A stretch of DNA of 64,000 nucleotides from Trichoplax adhaerens (lineage: Eukaryota > Animalia > Placozoa): positions 8,254,066 through 8,318,065 of the forward strand of contig NW_002060943.1 of the NCBI RefSeq assembly GCF_000150275.1, written 5' to 3'. The notes beneath the pieces were generated by a model that made no database searches, was not told the origin of the DNA, and saw only the letters and a list, made by a program, of their open reading frames with translations. This document shows, piece by piece, positions 1 to 15,000 of this stretch (positions are counted from its first letter, which is position 1; every line of letters begins with the position of its first letter). A program made the position numbers and the translations under genes.

Positions 1-3000
1 GATATGAATCATCCACCAATATTAGAAATGTTATTTCTGAATTCTTCAATAAAGAAGGCAAAAGAACTATGTATATCTATACACAAACAGCCGTTTTACC
101 AGCATCATTAAAGGCTTCGTTTCAACCTCCATCAGATCTAGAAGATAAATTAATTTTAATTCAAAAATGCCCTGAGACAGGAAAAGTATCAAAAGATAAC
201 ATTTCAGAAGAAATTTTCTATTGTGATTGCACTAAAAATCCTTTAGATCATTTAACCATGGTTTCACGTGAAGTCTATCTACCTATGCTATGCAATGAGC
301 ATTTTAACGCAACCTATGGCGATGATAAAGTGATTGATGCGTTACAAAAGTGTCTTAGCAGTTTTCAAATTACTCGCGGTCATGTTGATGTTAGTAATAA
401 TGTATATCTAGCGAATTAAATTAACTTGTATACTTCATTTTTAAAGCTTATTAAAATTTTGGGCAAAATTATTCCTACTTTAATATTTAATTTTACTATT
501 TTCAATGTAATGACTCCTTTTCCAATAGGGCCAAATTATTTTACCACTCCCGCCTATTGACATCCTGGCAGATGCAACAACTTATTCTAATCGTAGTGCT
601 GCAGTTATCCATTTACTAGAATCGGTCATGATTGGTTGGATTAAACAAATCAAAGTTGCTCTACGATTTGAACCTAGTCATGAAATTATGAAACTTTCTG
701 ATCATAATCGTCCCGGACCTTTAGCAGAAGTTGAAGTTAGTTTAACAAATTTATTCTTAATCGATGTGTTCACAATATTAATTAGCTCAAAATTAACTAT
801 TCCTATACATGATAGATTTGGACAGATCGTTACAAGCGTTTAAATCACATTATGGAGCAACTGGATCAGCCACTTGCAAGTGATATTTTAAATGATTTAG
901 AGAACGCAAATAGCACTTATTGGCATTCATTTCTTAGCGTTCGAAAAGATATCCTTAAAGTAAGTGTAGTTTAGGGTAAAAATTAAACTAACGTTATAAT
1001 ATATTGCTGACGTAATGTTCGTCTATGGTTTCACTAATGATATACCCAATTGGTTATGCTTTAAGTAATTCAATAACGATCTAGCCTACCCTAACTGAGT
1101 CTAAATACAGCTCATTCATAGCTTTATTTAAACTTTTTCTGATTATATGCAAAGTAAAATTAGACATGTAGATAACAGGTCTAGTACTTAAATTATTTTT
1201 TATCTTAAAATACTTAGGCACTCGCTGAAACACGATCAAACTTGGTCTATCTGAATACCATGGTACCTTGGTTTCAAAAATTACACGAAGCTTACGAATC
1301 TGATGCTATAGCTTCAGTTTTTCCACCACTTATTCATCTACTCTATTTGGTTTGGAGTAATTCTAAGTTAGTACACGTAACTATTTGTTAGTAGGAAAAT
1401 CAATAAAACATAATTAAAGTGATACCCTTGCAAGGATATTCAAAGTAACATATTCGACTAATAGAACCGCGTGAAATAATATTATTATTATTTTAAATGC
1501 TGTAGATACTACCATGGTGTCAGCCAATTCCATCGGTTACTATCTTTGATTGCTAACGAAGTTGTTAATCGAGCTCAAAAACTTGTAGGTAAAAGGATTC
1601 TTGAAGATACAGAAGAGGTAATAACGTTATCCAGTGGTAACAAGTCTTTTTATTTATTCTCATAGCCAGAATATGGATAAAGTATTGTGTACATATACAT
1701 GTATACTCGTATATCTATACATTTATTTTATTTTGTCATTTTACAAAAATTCTACTTTCACTTAATATCATTATAGTCGTACCTGAGGTTGAAAGATGCT
1801 CTCAGAGTATGCGCCCGATTTCGTGGCATTTACTTAGACAAAAAAGACAAAGCAGATTCTTTGAATAGGAGCAAAATGGCTGCTCTTTCTGATACAATGT
1901 ACGTAGAACATCAATAATATGATGAAAGTAGATGAATGAGTTTGCTATAGAAAGGACTTACTTATTAATCGTATTGTTTTAGGTACGGAACTGGAGTGGA
2001 AAAGCAAGGAGCTGGTGGTTTTGCTCAAATTTTACTTACCGGTGGAAATGGTGTCAATCATACTGAATCAGTAGCGCTTACAGCCGAATTAACTGACAAA
2101 AACTGGTCAGACTCACCATGGCCTGCAAGAAATAATTCAGCATTTGTCTCGCTAAATAGTTTTATGGAAAGATGCAATGACGCTCTTGAACTAGTTCAGA
2201 CTTCACAACATTTCCGTTGCTTAAAATCAGTTGTCGATGTTGGTGGTGCTGGTGGAAGTAGCTTGAATGCTCTAGTTGAAGAAATTCACATTAAATTTGT
2301 TGTTACAATGAAAGACTTCTTATCAGTAGTCACGGTAATATTCTAAATTATTAAAATTTTTCTTCTTTTTTATTACCTTATTGAAAGATTTTTTATTGCT
2401 TGTGCACCAATTAAAAATATTGTTAATTGTCACCGAATGGGTTCAATGTAGCGGTATAATTTTTAAACGTTAGATAGGAGTGTTTTAGTGGACTACTTAT
2501 TTTACAATAGAGGATAATTATAAATTTCATCATTGATATTAATCTACTGTATATATGTATACCAAGGATGTACTGGACATTGATGAAGGACAAAACTTTG
2601 AAAATGCCTTCTTTCATTTTAGATCCGTCGTTAGAGTAAGTCGTATTGCTAAGTCCTTTGAGTTATAAAATATGTTCAAGGAAATAAGAATTGCTCATTA
2701 AAATATTTGTATTCTGTATAATCTAGGATCTAGAATCTCGGCTAGCTAGCATTCTCGGCCAAACGTTGACAGTTTGCCCAACCATTGGAGCTAAGTTAAG
2801 ATTATTGGAAGTTTATGAAGGCATTAGTTGTAGAGATAATGTCAGGGTAAATTTTGCTTTGTCTTAAGCTTCAGGATAACCTTGTTTCCATTAAATCTTT
2901 AAAAATTAAAATTTTGAAATTGTTTTATCCTTCAGGCAAGCCTGAAGAGCATCATTAATGATCTCGTGCAGTCCATCATGGATGAATTGCTAAATGTAAG

Positions 3001-6000
3001 AAGTATGTTCGATTACTACAACGGTAACTCCCCTAGCCACGTTAATCTCCCACCAGTCACTGGTAAATTACTATGGCTTTATTCTATTCGAGCACGTATT
3101 CAGGTATGTATCAGTAATTTTGTTATTTCTAATGCTGATGCGGCTAACTTTTTCAAGCTTTTCTTCTAACACTTTCAAGGAACCGATGTCAAAAATGAGA
3201 CAAGTCAGTCCTGATTCCCTGGAAGATGACTTTGGCTGGCAAGTCAGGCATACATACAGCGACTTGATTAATGATATTTCGCGATGTGAAAGTGAAATTT
3301 TAAATAAATGGCAAAAAACTATTCAAGCAGACTTAAGAAATAAATTAAAAAAGCATTTATTGGTGAGTAGCTGCAAGTAAATTGGATGGGCATCAAGCTT
3401 GCTATTAATTACTTCATGTAGCCATAAAAAATTAAAATTATAAAGTGGTTAATTTCTAGCATATTGCTTTTTTTACTTGTTAGATATTTGTAACAGCGGA
3501 AGACGGTAATGGAAAGATCTTACAAGTTAATTTAGACCCCGGCTTACTACTACTTCTTCGCGAAATACAGTATATGTCTGCTCCACCACTCAATATTAAT
3601 TTGCCCGATAACGCCAGAACTCTTCTTCGTAGCACCGATGTTTACACGATCCGACAGATTGCAGATAGATTGGAAACAATCGCATCAAAGTATAATGCAA
3701 TAATGAAAAATATGAGCTATTTTGAACGACCACTTTTTCAAGAAAAGGTCGACAAGATTCATCTGGTAGGTCGTTTATAATTAATCTATTAATACATACA
3801 ACTTCCGTTACTAAGAGGACTAACTCAAACATGGATTGCAATTTCTAGCTATTACAATCTGGATTAGATAATTTAACCTGGAAGAGCGTCGAAGCTCCGG
3901 ATTTTATTGAAGCAATGACTAGTTTAATATGCTCCGACGTTCATCGTCATTTGTCAATTGTGCAATTGAATAGCCAAGAGATTAATAATGTTATTGCATC
4001 ATGGTCTACTAGTCAGCGACTTGATGTATTTTCCATCCGAAGTCTTGATCATTCGTACTCCATCGAGGAAGTACAACTTTCACATAGGTACTGATATCTT
4101 TCAATATCTCCATACTACTTTATTATTACGATACGGAAAGGGTAAATGGATTAACAGAGAGATAGATATTAAATTGGTGAAATAGGAATATTCAGTTATT
4201 TTTTAAACTTAACTAAAATTCTTTTTCTCTATTAGTTCATTACGGGAAGCGTACGAGGGAAATGTAATTCCTTCGGGACAGCGCATTCATACATTAGTCA
4301 AATCTTCCTTTGAAGTAAGTCATTAAAGTAGAGACCTCGATTATAGATTACATAGTTATTTATTAATAAAGTAAGGAATAATAAAGTACAATGTTTTGTA
4401 TACAACCCAAACATATTATGCACTATGTAACGTGGTTTTTTAACGCACAAATCGTTAAAATTACATTCTCTAGAATTTAAAATTGGCCTTGCGGCTAATT
4501 TAATATCAGCTCGTATAAAGGATATGACAGTGAATTTTTGAAATAATTCCATAATACTTACTGTGTAAAGGCCTAACGTAATTAATTTTGATTCATATTT
4601 AGCTTTGGAAATATATTGATTTCGTTACTAAGACCGCCTTCGACATAATACGATTTTTAAATTAAATTTCGTTAACTTTTTACAAAGTAAAAACTAGCCT
4701 AAGTACAGTATATAAATATACAGTAGCCTTTGTGTTTTTACACAAAGTGAATTGTTTTCAATGATTTTAATAGAATTGTCAAATAAGCCGCGCGTCTCCA
4801 GCTTGGAGCGATTATATTAATTATCTTGAAGACTTAGTCAAACGGGGCTTAAAAGAAGCCACTATGTCATCACTTCGATCCATGTACAATCAACTTACGG
4901 CTGAGGTTTGTAACTTACGCGTCTGTATAGCAAATACGGAAATGAAATTATATGAAAACAGATTTCTAATGTGATATCCACGCTAATTCCATTATTGTAT
5001 CCTGGATTTGTGAATGTAACTGAAATTTAGAACGCTGTTCCAGTGTTGACGATACGCCTGGAATTGATCGGGGAAGAAGTAACATTTACCCCTCCTTTAA
5101 CTAAAGATACTTCAATTCCAAGCATACAGGAAATTTCAACATCTTGGCTTGATAGCTACTTGAGAAGAGCATCATTAATAAAGTGCCTTAAAGATCCTGA
5201 TAAGGTAAGGGAATATAAGAGTTATGAGTGTTTAGTGCTATCAGTATTAGATTTGAATTAATAATGGAAGTAATAATGAAAATTTACCTTCGGTTATGCT
5301 TGTGAATGATTGTCGCTTAAGGATTAAACTCTTCTATCGAATTATGAGAAATTGAACTTCTTTGTAATTAGACCAATGGATATCGAGATGATATTGAAAA
5401 TGATCTAGAAATTATTGTAATTGTTGAAAAAATCAAAGACACTATTGAGGAAAGAATAGAAGAAGCTAAGGTTCTCCATTGCATTTATGCTAAATTTTTG
5501 ACTATCGATCTAATGATTGCAGTCAATTATCTTCTTACGAGCACTTCTATTTTAAAATATGCTAGAAATGTATCGCATGGTACAATGAATACTCTTTTTT
5601 ATGGACCCAAGATGTGCAACAATCTTTTCAAAGCTTTCTGAGAGGAAAAATTCAATCAATGCCTGAATCACCTACTGTATCACGTCCTAACTCTCGATAT
5701 GATAAATCCGTAACACATTCAGCCACGGTGTAAGCAGAAATCTATCAAATAAATCTTTTTGCCTTTTTCATAACATTCCCCTATTACCATATTTTGATAT
5801 TGTACAATTTGCTCCGTACAATATAGTGTCTTAGTACATTAACAGCTTGAGGAAAACATAAAGACTAAACTCGATTTAAAATGGTAACCTTAAGGGATTA
5901 TCTTATTCTTAATACAGGAGTAGCTATAATGAATCAACTGGTGCAAATTTGAGTATGGGCGACAAAATTGGACGTATTGAGAAATCGTTTCTGCAATCTA

Positions 6001-9000
6001 CTTTTAATAATGATAATCATATCGATAATTTGCCTTCGCTGGATGCATTTGATGTTGAGATAAATATTTACAAGGTAGAATTGCCTAAACTATTTATACG
6101 ATTACATTATATACTCTTGAAGTTAGATATACAAACAAACCATGAAGTAACAGTTATAGGATAATATAGTTAATATATACAGATTAAAGTTTTATCCGAT
6201 TTGCTTAATATAATTTTTTCATTTTTTTCATGCATCTTTTAGAAAGCACGAGATGAGATCAAATCTTTACCCAAGATTCGTGATGAAGGCTGGTTACGAA
6301 TTGACATGCATCCAATTCGACAAGTTTTAATTACATATGCAAGTAAATGGATGCATACATTCACTAAATACTTAAAAGATCAAGTTACAGCGATGCTAAA
6401 TGCATTAGATAGTTTTATAAGACGCGTTGAACCAGGTATCGAAGATATATCTGGTGATGAGAAGGATACGGCTGCTTTTATGAAATTGATGCGTATCTTT
6501 AATGAGGTTAGGGTCTCATCGTAATCGCATACTGTCAATGTTTTGTTATTAATACCTTATATATTGATATTATGAGTACTTAGACGACTATTAATGTAAG
6601 GATTGCAGTTGCCTATGTTACTAAGATAACAAATTCTGAAATTCTTTCCAAAAATTGAAGGTGAATGCTCAGCAGAACGAATATGATGCAAAATTTACTG
6701 TTATGCATAAAACTGTTAGACTATTAGAAAAATATGGCCAAAGTCTTCCCAATAAAACACAGAAATTCTTCGAAGCAGCACCAGGGAGGTGAGAAATTTT
6801 TGAAATTGATTACTGAAAGGATATCATATTTTATATTATTTATTTAAATATTATTTGTGTTATACGATTTATTACGTATTTTATTAATAATTTGTGGTCT
6901 CCTACTAATTTCAGATGGAATAACTTGAAAACAAAGGTTGCTTTAGCTAAACAGCGACTAGGCCCCAGAATCCAGGCATTATCGACTGAAGTTATTCAAG
7001 TAATCTTGCGAAATATTATTATTACATAATATTTGTAAAAGAAGACTCTAACAACATTCATCGGTATTGTGTGATAACGATCGTTACTATAAACTTATTT
7101 GTTACAGGATTTATCTGTTTTTGGTACCAGATGCGAGACTATATGCAATGAATTTGGAAGTTGTGAGGCTTTCGATTATAATTGCAATTCAGATAAGGTG
7201 GACACAGTACTGAACACATTCAGCCATGGTTTAGCAATTCTAGAAAGAGAGGCTTACGTAAGAGAGATAGTTTTGTAGTTGTATCAACTGAATTTCTGCG
7301 AATTACACCGTTGCAGACACAACTTATATAGTCCAATTATTTTATGTTAAAATGTTACTATGATACTTTAATTATATTTAGTTAGTTGATGTACTTATAC
7401 ATTATGGTCTCTCCTCTGGTTTTGGGATTTATGAAATTTCTGCTAAAATCCTTTACCGCCTCATTTAGCTTTATATAACGTGAAATAATTACTTATTCTG
7501 ACTGTTTCAGGATTTGCAAGAATTGCAGGAATTACTAGAAGTACGAGTGGTTGATTTTACAATTTTGCCCAAGTCAGTATAATTTAAGAAATGTAAAGTA
7601 AAATGATTCCAATAATATTTACTCTGTCAAATTTCTTGGACTTTGTTTATAACGTAATCGATCATCCATTATTTCCTTATTAGGTGTCGTAATGATATAT
7701 CTTGCCTTCAAAGTGTTTGGGAAACTATCAAGTAAGATTAATAAGGTATACATATGTAAGATGCAAATACCAAGTAAATAAAACTTGCGGGTTATTTTAC
7801 GTAGAGTAATTAAGGTTGAACATGACGAATGGAAGCATATGAAATGGGTAGATCTAGATATGGATGTGGTAATGTCAGCAACAGACAATCAGTTGGATCG
7901 TGTCTATGCTTTACCACCGGATTGCAGAAACTGGGATGTATATAATTCTCTACGCGAATCAATTTTAGAGATTCAGGTACTTGTTTCATAACTTTTTTAA
8001 TATAATTTTGGTACTGTTAAATTGATTGCATTTGTACCGATTCGTATCTAATATCGATTTAAAATGCTATTAGGCCTACATACCCATTATAGAAGATTTA
8101 AGTAGTTCATCGATGCGTACTAGACATTGGAAACAACTTATAAGAGTTATAGGAGGAAATATTCCTGTGGATAATAATGGCTTAACTAATTTATCTTTTA
8201 ATACCTTATTGAAATTGAATTTACAATGTAAGTCAACTAATTATTTCTCCAGTTCCGATTTTATTTATAGAAATTGACAATTTTACACTTTCGAATGTAT
8301 TATCATATTTTTAGCGCATATTGAAGATGTTCAATCAATCGTTTATCGAGCCAATAAAGATCTGGCAATAGAAAAAACACTTAAAACTTACGAAGAAGTT
8401 TGGCTAAGTAAAACATTCGATCTGATTCCTCATACCAAATTGCGACCAACAACATCTAGTGGACCCGATGTATGACGTCTAAGTTGTTATTTTAAAATGG
8501 GCACCAAATTTTATTTATTAATTTATTATTAAAAGAATATTTTGTGTTAAATCCCATTGTGCTTAAATTGTTCTTGAGAATGATTCCTAGTTGCTCACTA
8601 AGATAGAAAATCAAATAATTAATATCTTTGCATCCATGATTGTGATTATAAATATGTGAATATAAACACATTCTTCTTTTGACATCATACAATTAAGGTT
8701 GTTAGCGACGGTGATAACGAATCAGATGGCGGATTACAATATCAAAGGAATATCCCAAGTCGGACGTCAGCAACTACTTCTATCAGCAAAGGCAAGCATC
8801 GAAATTCGATTTCTTCACTACCCAATTCATTACAAAATATTCAGGTAGGTCTTGCAGTAACTGTAATTTCAATATTTATTTTGACGATATTAAATTGTGT
8901 TATGCAAAACTTAATTTAATATGCCTACTACGAATTGGTTCTGCTTAGGATACTGGCCAGCTGTACTTGCTAGCTGATTGTCAGCCAATATTTGAAGAAA

Positions 9001-12000
9001 TGGAGAGTCATCAGGTATTTCGTATATTACTAACACTAGCGAGCGTGTGCTATTGAAATTTTGTAGCAATATAACGTCTAATAAATGCTTTTTTATTTCG
9101 TATTTCTTTTCGCTAAACAATATAGACTTCTCTTCAAGTTATTCAAAATGGAACTGCCGCTAGTTCTTTTGCCGATGAAGTTACTAAATGGCAAAAATGT
9201 TTACAAACTATTGAAGCTGTGTTACGAGTATGGTTAGATGTGCAAGATAAATGGATAGAATTAGAAGAGGTTAAGTAACTGTAATATACCACAATTAATT
9301 GTACTCAATCATAGTTCCCTTACTGATATGTTGATAGACTTATCTATAATTGCTAAGGCAATCTTTTGGATGTTTAATAGATTTTTACAAACTCTGATGT
9401 TAAGTTCTCATTGGCGCATGACTGCAGTTTGTTCTTGGCAGTTAATCGAGATTTCAGATTGTTGATGAGAGCAACGGAGAAAAATCCAAATGTTTTACAA
9501 TCATGTTCTAGAAAAGGTAATTGCCTTACGATTCGTATAACTTGTGTATATTTAAATTTCTCTGTTTTGTTAAGATTAAATCTGAAAATAAAATTAACAG
9601 GAATACTGGTAACTCTTGAGAAAATGAATAAAGTTTTGGAGCAAAATCGCAGATCACTAATGCAGTTTATCATCAAAAGAAGAAGCAAATATCCTCGATT
9701 TTATTTCTTATCCGCTGAAGATGTGACACATATAATTTGTAGCGGTAAAGGAAGGATTTTTGTAGTGTATTTATAAATAGTAGCTAATGGAAATTTGCAT
9801 CATTTTAAATTGGGTGCTTTTTAAAGTACCATTATACATTTTCACCCCTTTGGTGTTTATCTTCTTAGGAAATAATGCCAAAAGAATCAATGAATATTTG
9901 TACAAACTATTTCCTAATATCGATTGCTTGGTGTTCGAGGAAGCAGTTAGTGAAGGACAGTTTTATTCAGTTATTACTTCTATTATTAGCAGTATGGGTG
10001 AACGTCTAGCATTAGATGAGGTATGCTCTTCGAAATATTGACTTTTAATTGATTTTGTAGTTAAAAAGTTTGCCGGATCATATTTTTTGTAAGATAAAAC
10101 TTAGAAAAAAATTTAATTTTTAGCCAACAGTATGTACTGGATCAGCGGAAACTTGGTTGCAATTATTAACCGACTTGATAACAAAAACACTAAAAATTCA
10201 GCTACAAAACGCTTTGCAAGTTTCTACGGAAAGACCTTCCATAGGTACTGACCGCGAGCAATTCAATCAAAATGACAATGTAGATAATAGCAACATTCCT
10301 AAATCATGGACCATTGAACAAATTTCAGAAATTGCACTATTAGCAACACAGGTAACACCTTAATTTTAAACTTCATTGTAAAGAGAATTTGCTTAATTTC
10401 AAAGTTGTAAAATGCCTCGTTCTTTGATACGAAAATATATCAAAGAACAAGGCATTTACAACCGTATATAATTAGCATGTTTCATAAATTGTTAATTACA
10501 CCGGCTACAGAGATAAAATGTATGCGGACATTATTATAGGAAGACAAAATATTAACAATTCCTTAATTTTGCACTACTTTAATAATTATACTGTCATATG
10601 ATTTTAGGTCGAATTGACGGCTATGATCGAGCAAAGTCTTCATGATATTGGTCAAAATAATCCTAATGCTTTGCAAGAAAGCTTAGAGGCTATAACAGCT
10701 AGCATTAATGCAGCAATTAAAATGCTTCATGGGTCAGAAAATGACCCATTTGAAATGGATGAAGCTGTCAAATCGGCAAGATTTACGCGGCGGTTGTATC
10801 GGCCACCACCTGACGATGGCGTTCATGATGCTCAAACATTCAATAATATGCAGTATAACTACAGAAGAGCATCGCAAACAATGTCTTATATGTCTCATCC
10901 TACCAGAGGTAAGCTGCAATGTACAATCGCTATTCGTGAATATCTTTTATATATTTTAAAAGTAGATACCGTAATTAAAGCCTTTACTCAATGTCTAATA
11001 TTATGATCCATATGTCTATTCCTATAACTGCTATTGATAATCATAACAATATATGATCTTTCCATACAAATTTCTAGTGCATTCAACTGATTATGGCCTT
11101 AGTATTGATGAAAATCTTGACGACGGTAAAATATTGTTATTACCAAGTCAAATTCAAAAAATTAGTAATCTGATCTTAATACTATGCTATCAGCGAGATG
11201 TCGTGCAGAATTTAATAACTGCAGTTAATAAGATGGAAAGAAAACATAAGGCTATGAACTTGTTTGAATGGTTAATGCAAATGAAATACTACTGGTTTGA
11301 TCAAGATCAAGAATGTGTGATTAAATCACTGGATGCAAAATTTGAGTACGGTTTTGAATATCAGGGGAGTTATACTCGCTGTGTTGTTAGTCCATTGACA
11401 GAACGTTGTTTCGTATGCTTAAATCAAGCCATTCACTATCACCTTGGTGGACTTTGTCTAGGTCCTGCTGGTTGTGGTAAAAAGGAGACAATTAGCCAAT
11501 TAACTATTATGCTTGGTAAACCATTTTATAACTTCAATTGCACCTATGCAATTAATCATAACTTGATGGTAGATATATTTAAAGGCATGGCAGGTACTGG
11601 TGCTTGGATATGTCTAAATAATATCGATAATTTAGATGTACACATTCTATCCTTAGCATCTCAGCTTTTGTCAGCTATTTTTTATGCTTTGAAAACAAGA
11701 GAAGAATTTATCACGATTGAGAACGAGACAATCCACTTAGTTCCAACAGCAGCTTGCTTATCAATTTTAGTCGATAATCCTAAGGCTAACTATAATAAAT
11801 TGTCTTTACGCACTGGCTACTTCCCCAGCTCAACATCGTCAACAGCGGCGCTACCTAAGTGCTTATTGGACCTCTTTAGGCCTGTAACTTTGGTTAATCC
11901 GGATATTAAACAAATTACGGAAGTTTTATTGACTACGCATGGTTTCAATTATGCACCGCAGTTAACAAAGCAGTTGTTAGCTTTCAAAAACTTGACTGAG

Positions 12001-15000
12001 GATTTCCTTCATATGCCTGCAATGATTAAAGATACCGCTACATATGAAATTTCGAAACCTTTGTGCACTTGGAACCTCTATACAATTAAGTCAATTATAG
12101 CTGACGCAGGAATTCAATTGGATAATATATTATCATCATTATTACAAACAAAACAAAGCGAAGCTATATCAATTAGTAGTAAGTATTGTAACTAGCACTA
12201 TTTCAGCTATCAGCACCAGGAAACTAAAAAGGCGTTAATTTATATTTAATAAATTTATATACCTTCGAGGCTAGTTGCAAGAGCTACATTAATAAAACTA
12301 AGCCATACTTTGAGTAGACTTACTGATAATATAATCTATATTTTTCATAATCGTAGGTCGAGTAAGTGATGAAATTGAAAGCGCAAAGTCTATTAATTTA
12401 ATTGGTACGATGACAGAAGATGAACAGCGAAAAGCTGAAGAGGAAGCACTTGTAATTGCCATTAGAAATAACTTTGTGCCCCGTTTAGTAGAGAAAGATG
12501 GTAGCCTGTTCGCGATGATACTTACAGATATCTTTCCTGCAGTAGATGTTCCAATCATTGTCGATAGTAAAGTACCAACAACAACACGAAATTTATCAAC
12601 AGTTCTTTCAACTCGCAGTCGTAGCATGCCTCTTGTGGTACAAGCTGAAGATCTCCATGATAATGTCATCAGAACTACTAATCAATCTTTAATTTTAGAC
12701 GAAATTTCGGAAGCTATAGCAGTTTCTCTTTCTAAAAAATACCTTCAACCCGGTCCTATTTTCACTTCACGTGTATTACAATTAGCCCAGTTAGTTTCAA
12801 TTCATCGATATATCTTATTGGTTGGGCCATCTGGTTGTGGTAAATCGAAAAGTATCCAAACATTATCAGGTGCCTATTCTGAAATGGGTAGAACAGTTAA
12901 TTTACAACCCATCAATGTACGCTCAATAGCAAGGACGGCTTTTTTCGGACAATTCGATAGTATTACTGAAGCATGGAAAGATGGCGTGTTTCCATTAGTA
13001 CTTCGTAAACATATGCATTCAACTGATCCTAATAGATCGTTGCAATCAAAGAAAGCGCCCATGCAGTGGTTGCAAATGGATGGTGAAGTAGATACAGTTG
13101 AAATAGAAAATTTGACATCGGTCTTTTCAAGTGATGCAACTCTTGTCCTAGCAAACAATGAAAGAGTTAAAATGCCAGATTCGATGCGTGTATTTTGGGA
13201 AATGGAACATCTACTGCATTTAAGTCCGGCTACAATGGCTTCAGTAGGTGTTTTATGTATGTCAGAAGATGATGTTACTTGGGAACTACTTATTGAAAAC
13301 TGGCTATTGCAACGACCAGCAGCTATTCGTGGTTTACTTGAACAACTTTGTAACAAGTACATTAAATCAACGTTAAATTACATTAAAACTGGTTTCGATG
13401 AAGCTGAAAGCTTACCACAAGTACCATTAAAATATGTTGTGCCTATGAAGGATGCTAACATGATTGACACATTATGCTCATTAATGGAAATATTAACTGG
13501 TGATTCAGTTGATTTGAATGCAATTGCATATGAACATTATTTCAACTTTTCGTGTATCTGGGCCTTTGGTGGAACATTAATTGAAATTCATCGAGAATGC
13601 TTTAATCGATTTTGGAGAAATAAGTGGGATATTAAATTGCCACCTGAAGGTGAAGTGTGGGACTATTATGTGAGTAATGATACTGATGCATTCGAATTCT
13701 TAAGTTGGTACGAAACAGTTCCACAGTACGTCAAGCCTGTCAATAGAGGAATTCCATCAGACGCTTTCGTACCCACTGTTGATACCGAACGATTAAATTT
13801 CTTAATAGCAACATTATGCGATGCCGGTAAATCGGTTCTTTTAGTTGGTGAAGCAGGTTGTGGTAAAACTGCCTTAGTGAAGGAAAGATTAAGATCAGAT
13901 AGCGGTAATATGGCTGAAGTATTAACCTTAACTGTACACTGTAATAAGTTTACGACATCTGAGGTCTTATGGAAGCAATTAGACAGTTGTCTCGAATGGA
14001 AATCGGGTAAAATATACGTACCTAAAAGAAATAAGAGTCTGCTATGCTTAGTTGATGATCTTAATACGTCGAAAACTGATAATATTAGAAGTCAATCTGC
14101 CTGTGAACTATTACGGCAACATATTGATTATGGTGGTATTTGTGACCCTGTAACACTCGACTGGCGCATAATTAATAATGTTACCTATATTGTGACTTAT
14201 AATCCCGATGCTATAAGCACTAAACCAAAGCTAACACCGCGACTATTGCGCCATTTTGCTACTATCTATTATCCGCATCCAAAATCAGAAGAATTGCACA
14301 CGATTTATTCTGGTTTACTTTATGCTCACTTTTTAAGTAATCTGCAAAACTCAACACAACAGTCTTACGCTATCAATGACAGCCAATTAAATAGGCAACA
14401 AGAAACTGACCAAATTTTACGTTCGATATTATCATCTATCGTTAATGTTACAATAGAAGTACAGAATAAAATGCGAACAATGTTTCTACGAACTTCAAGC
14501 CGTTGTCATTATTTATTTACTATGAGAGATCTAACTTTAATCTTCAGAAATTTATGCCTTTCGTTAGGCCCCGGCTGTCCGTCTCGTGACTTACTGCTAT
14601 TGTGGAAACATGAATGTTATTGGATTTATGCTCATCGATTAGTTTCTGAGGTAGACGAAGAAAGATACAACCAAGCTTTTATTACAGCAGCACGTAAAGA
14701 GTTCTCTAAGGAAGATCAACTTAATCTTGCCTTATCTCCAATTCCTGTATTTACTAACTTAGTGGAGCGTGATGATGTATCCATAGTAACAGTAGCTACT
14801 CGATTATCGTCTGATCAAAGTGGTGGCAGCAATAGCGGTAATAATAATGAGGAAAGTAATTGGGGCGATTTCTATCATCCATGTAATGATATCCCTGGTA
14901 TTAGAGCATTACTCCGGCATGGCTTAGATGAATACAACAAAAACAACCCAAGAATTGATCTTACATTTTATGATGGTGTTGTTACCCAGGTTTGTCGCTT

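Noticed and set aside
949-956. U12-type donor-like ATATCCTT (and GTATCCTT at 28911 on -)
   Set aside because: Both lie inside coding exons (KDILK; WYPS), and the adjacent introns have normal U2 boundaries.
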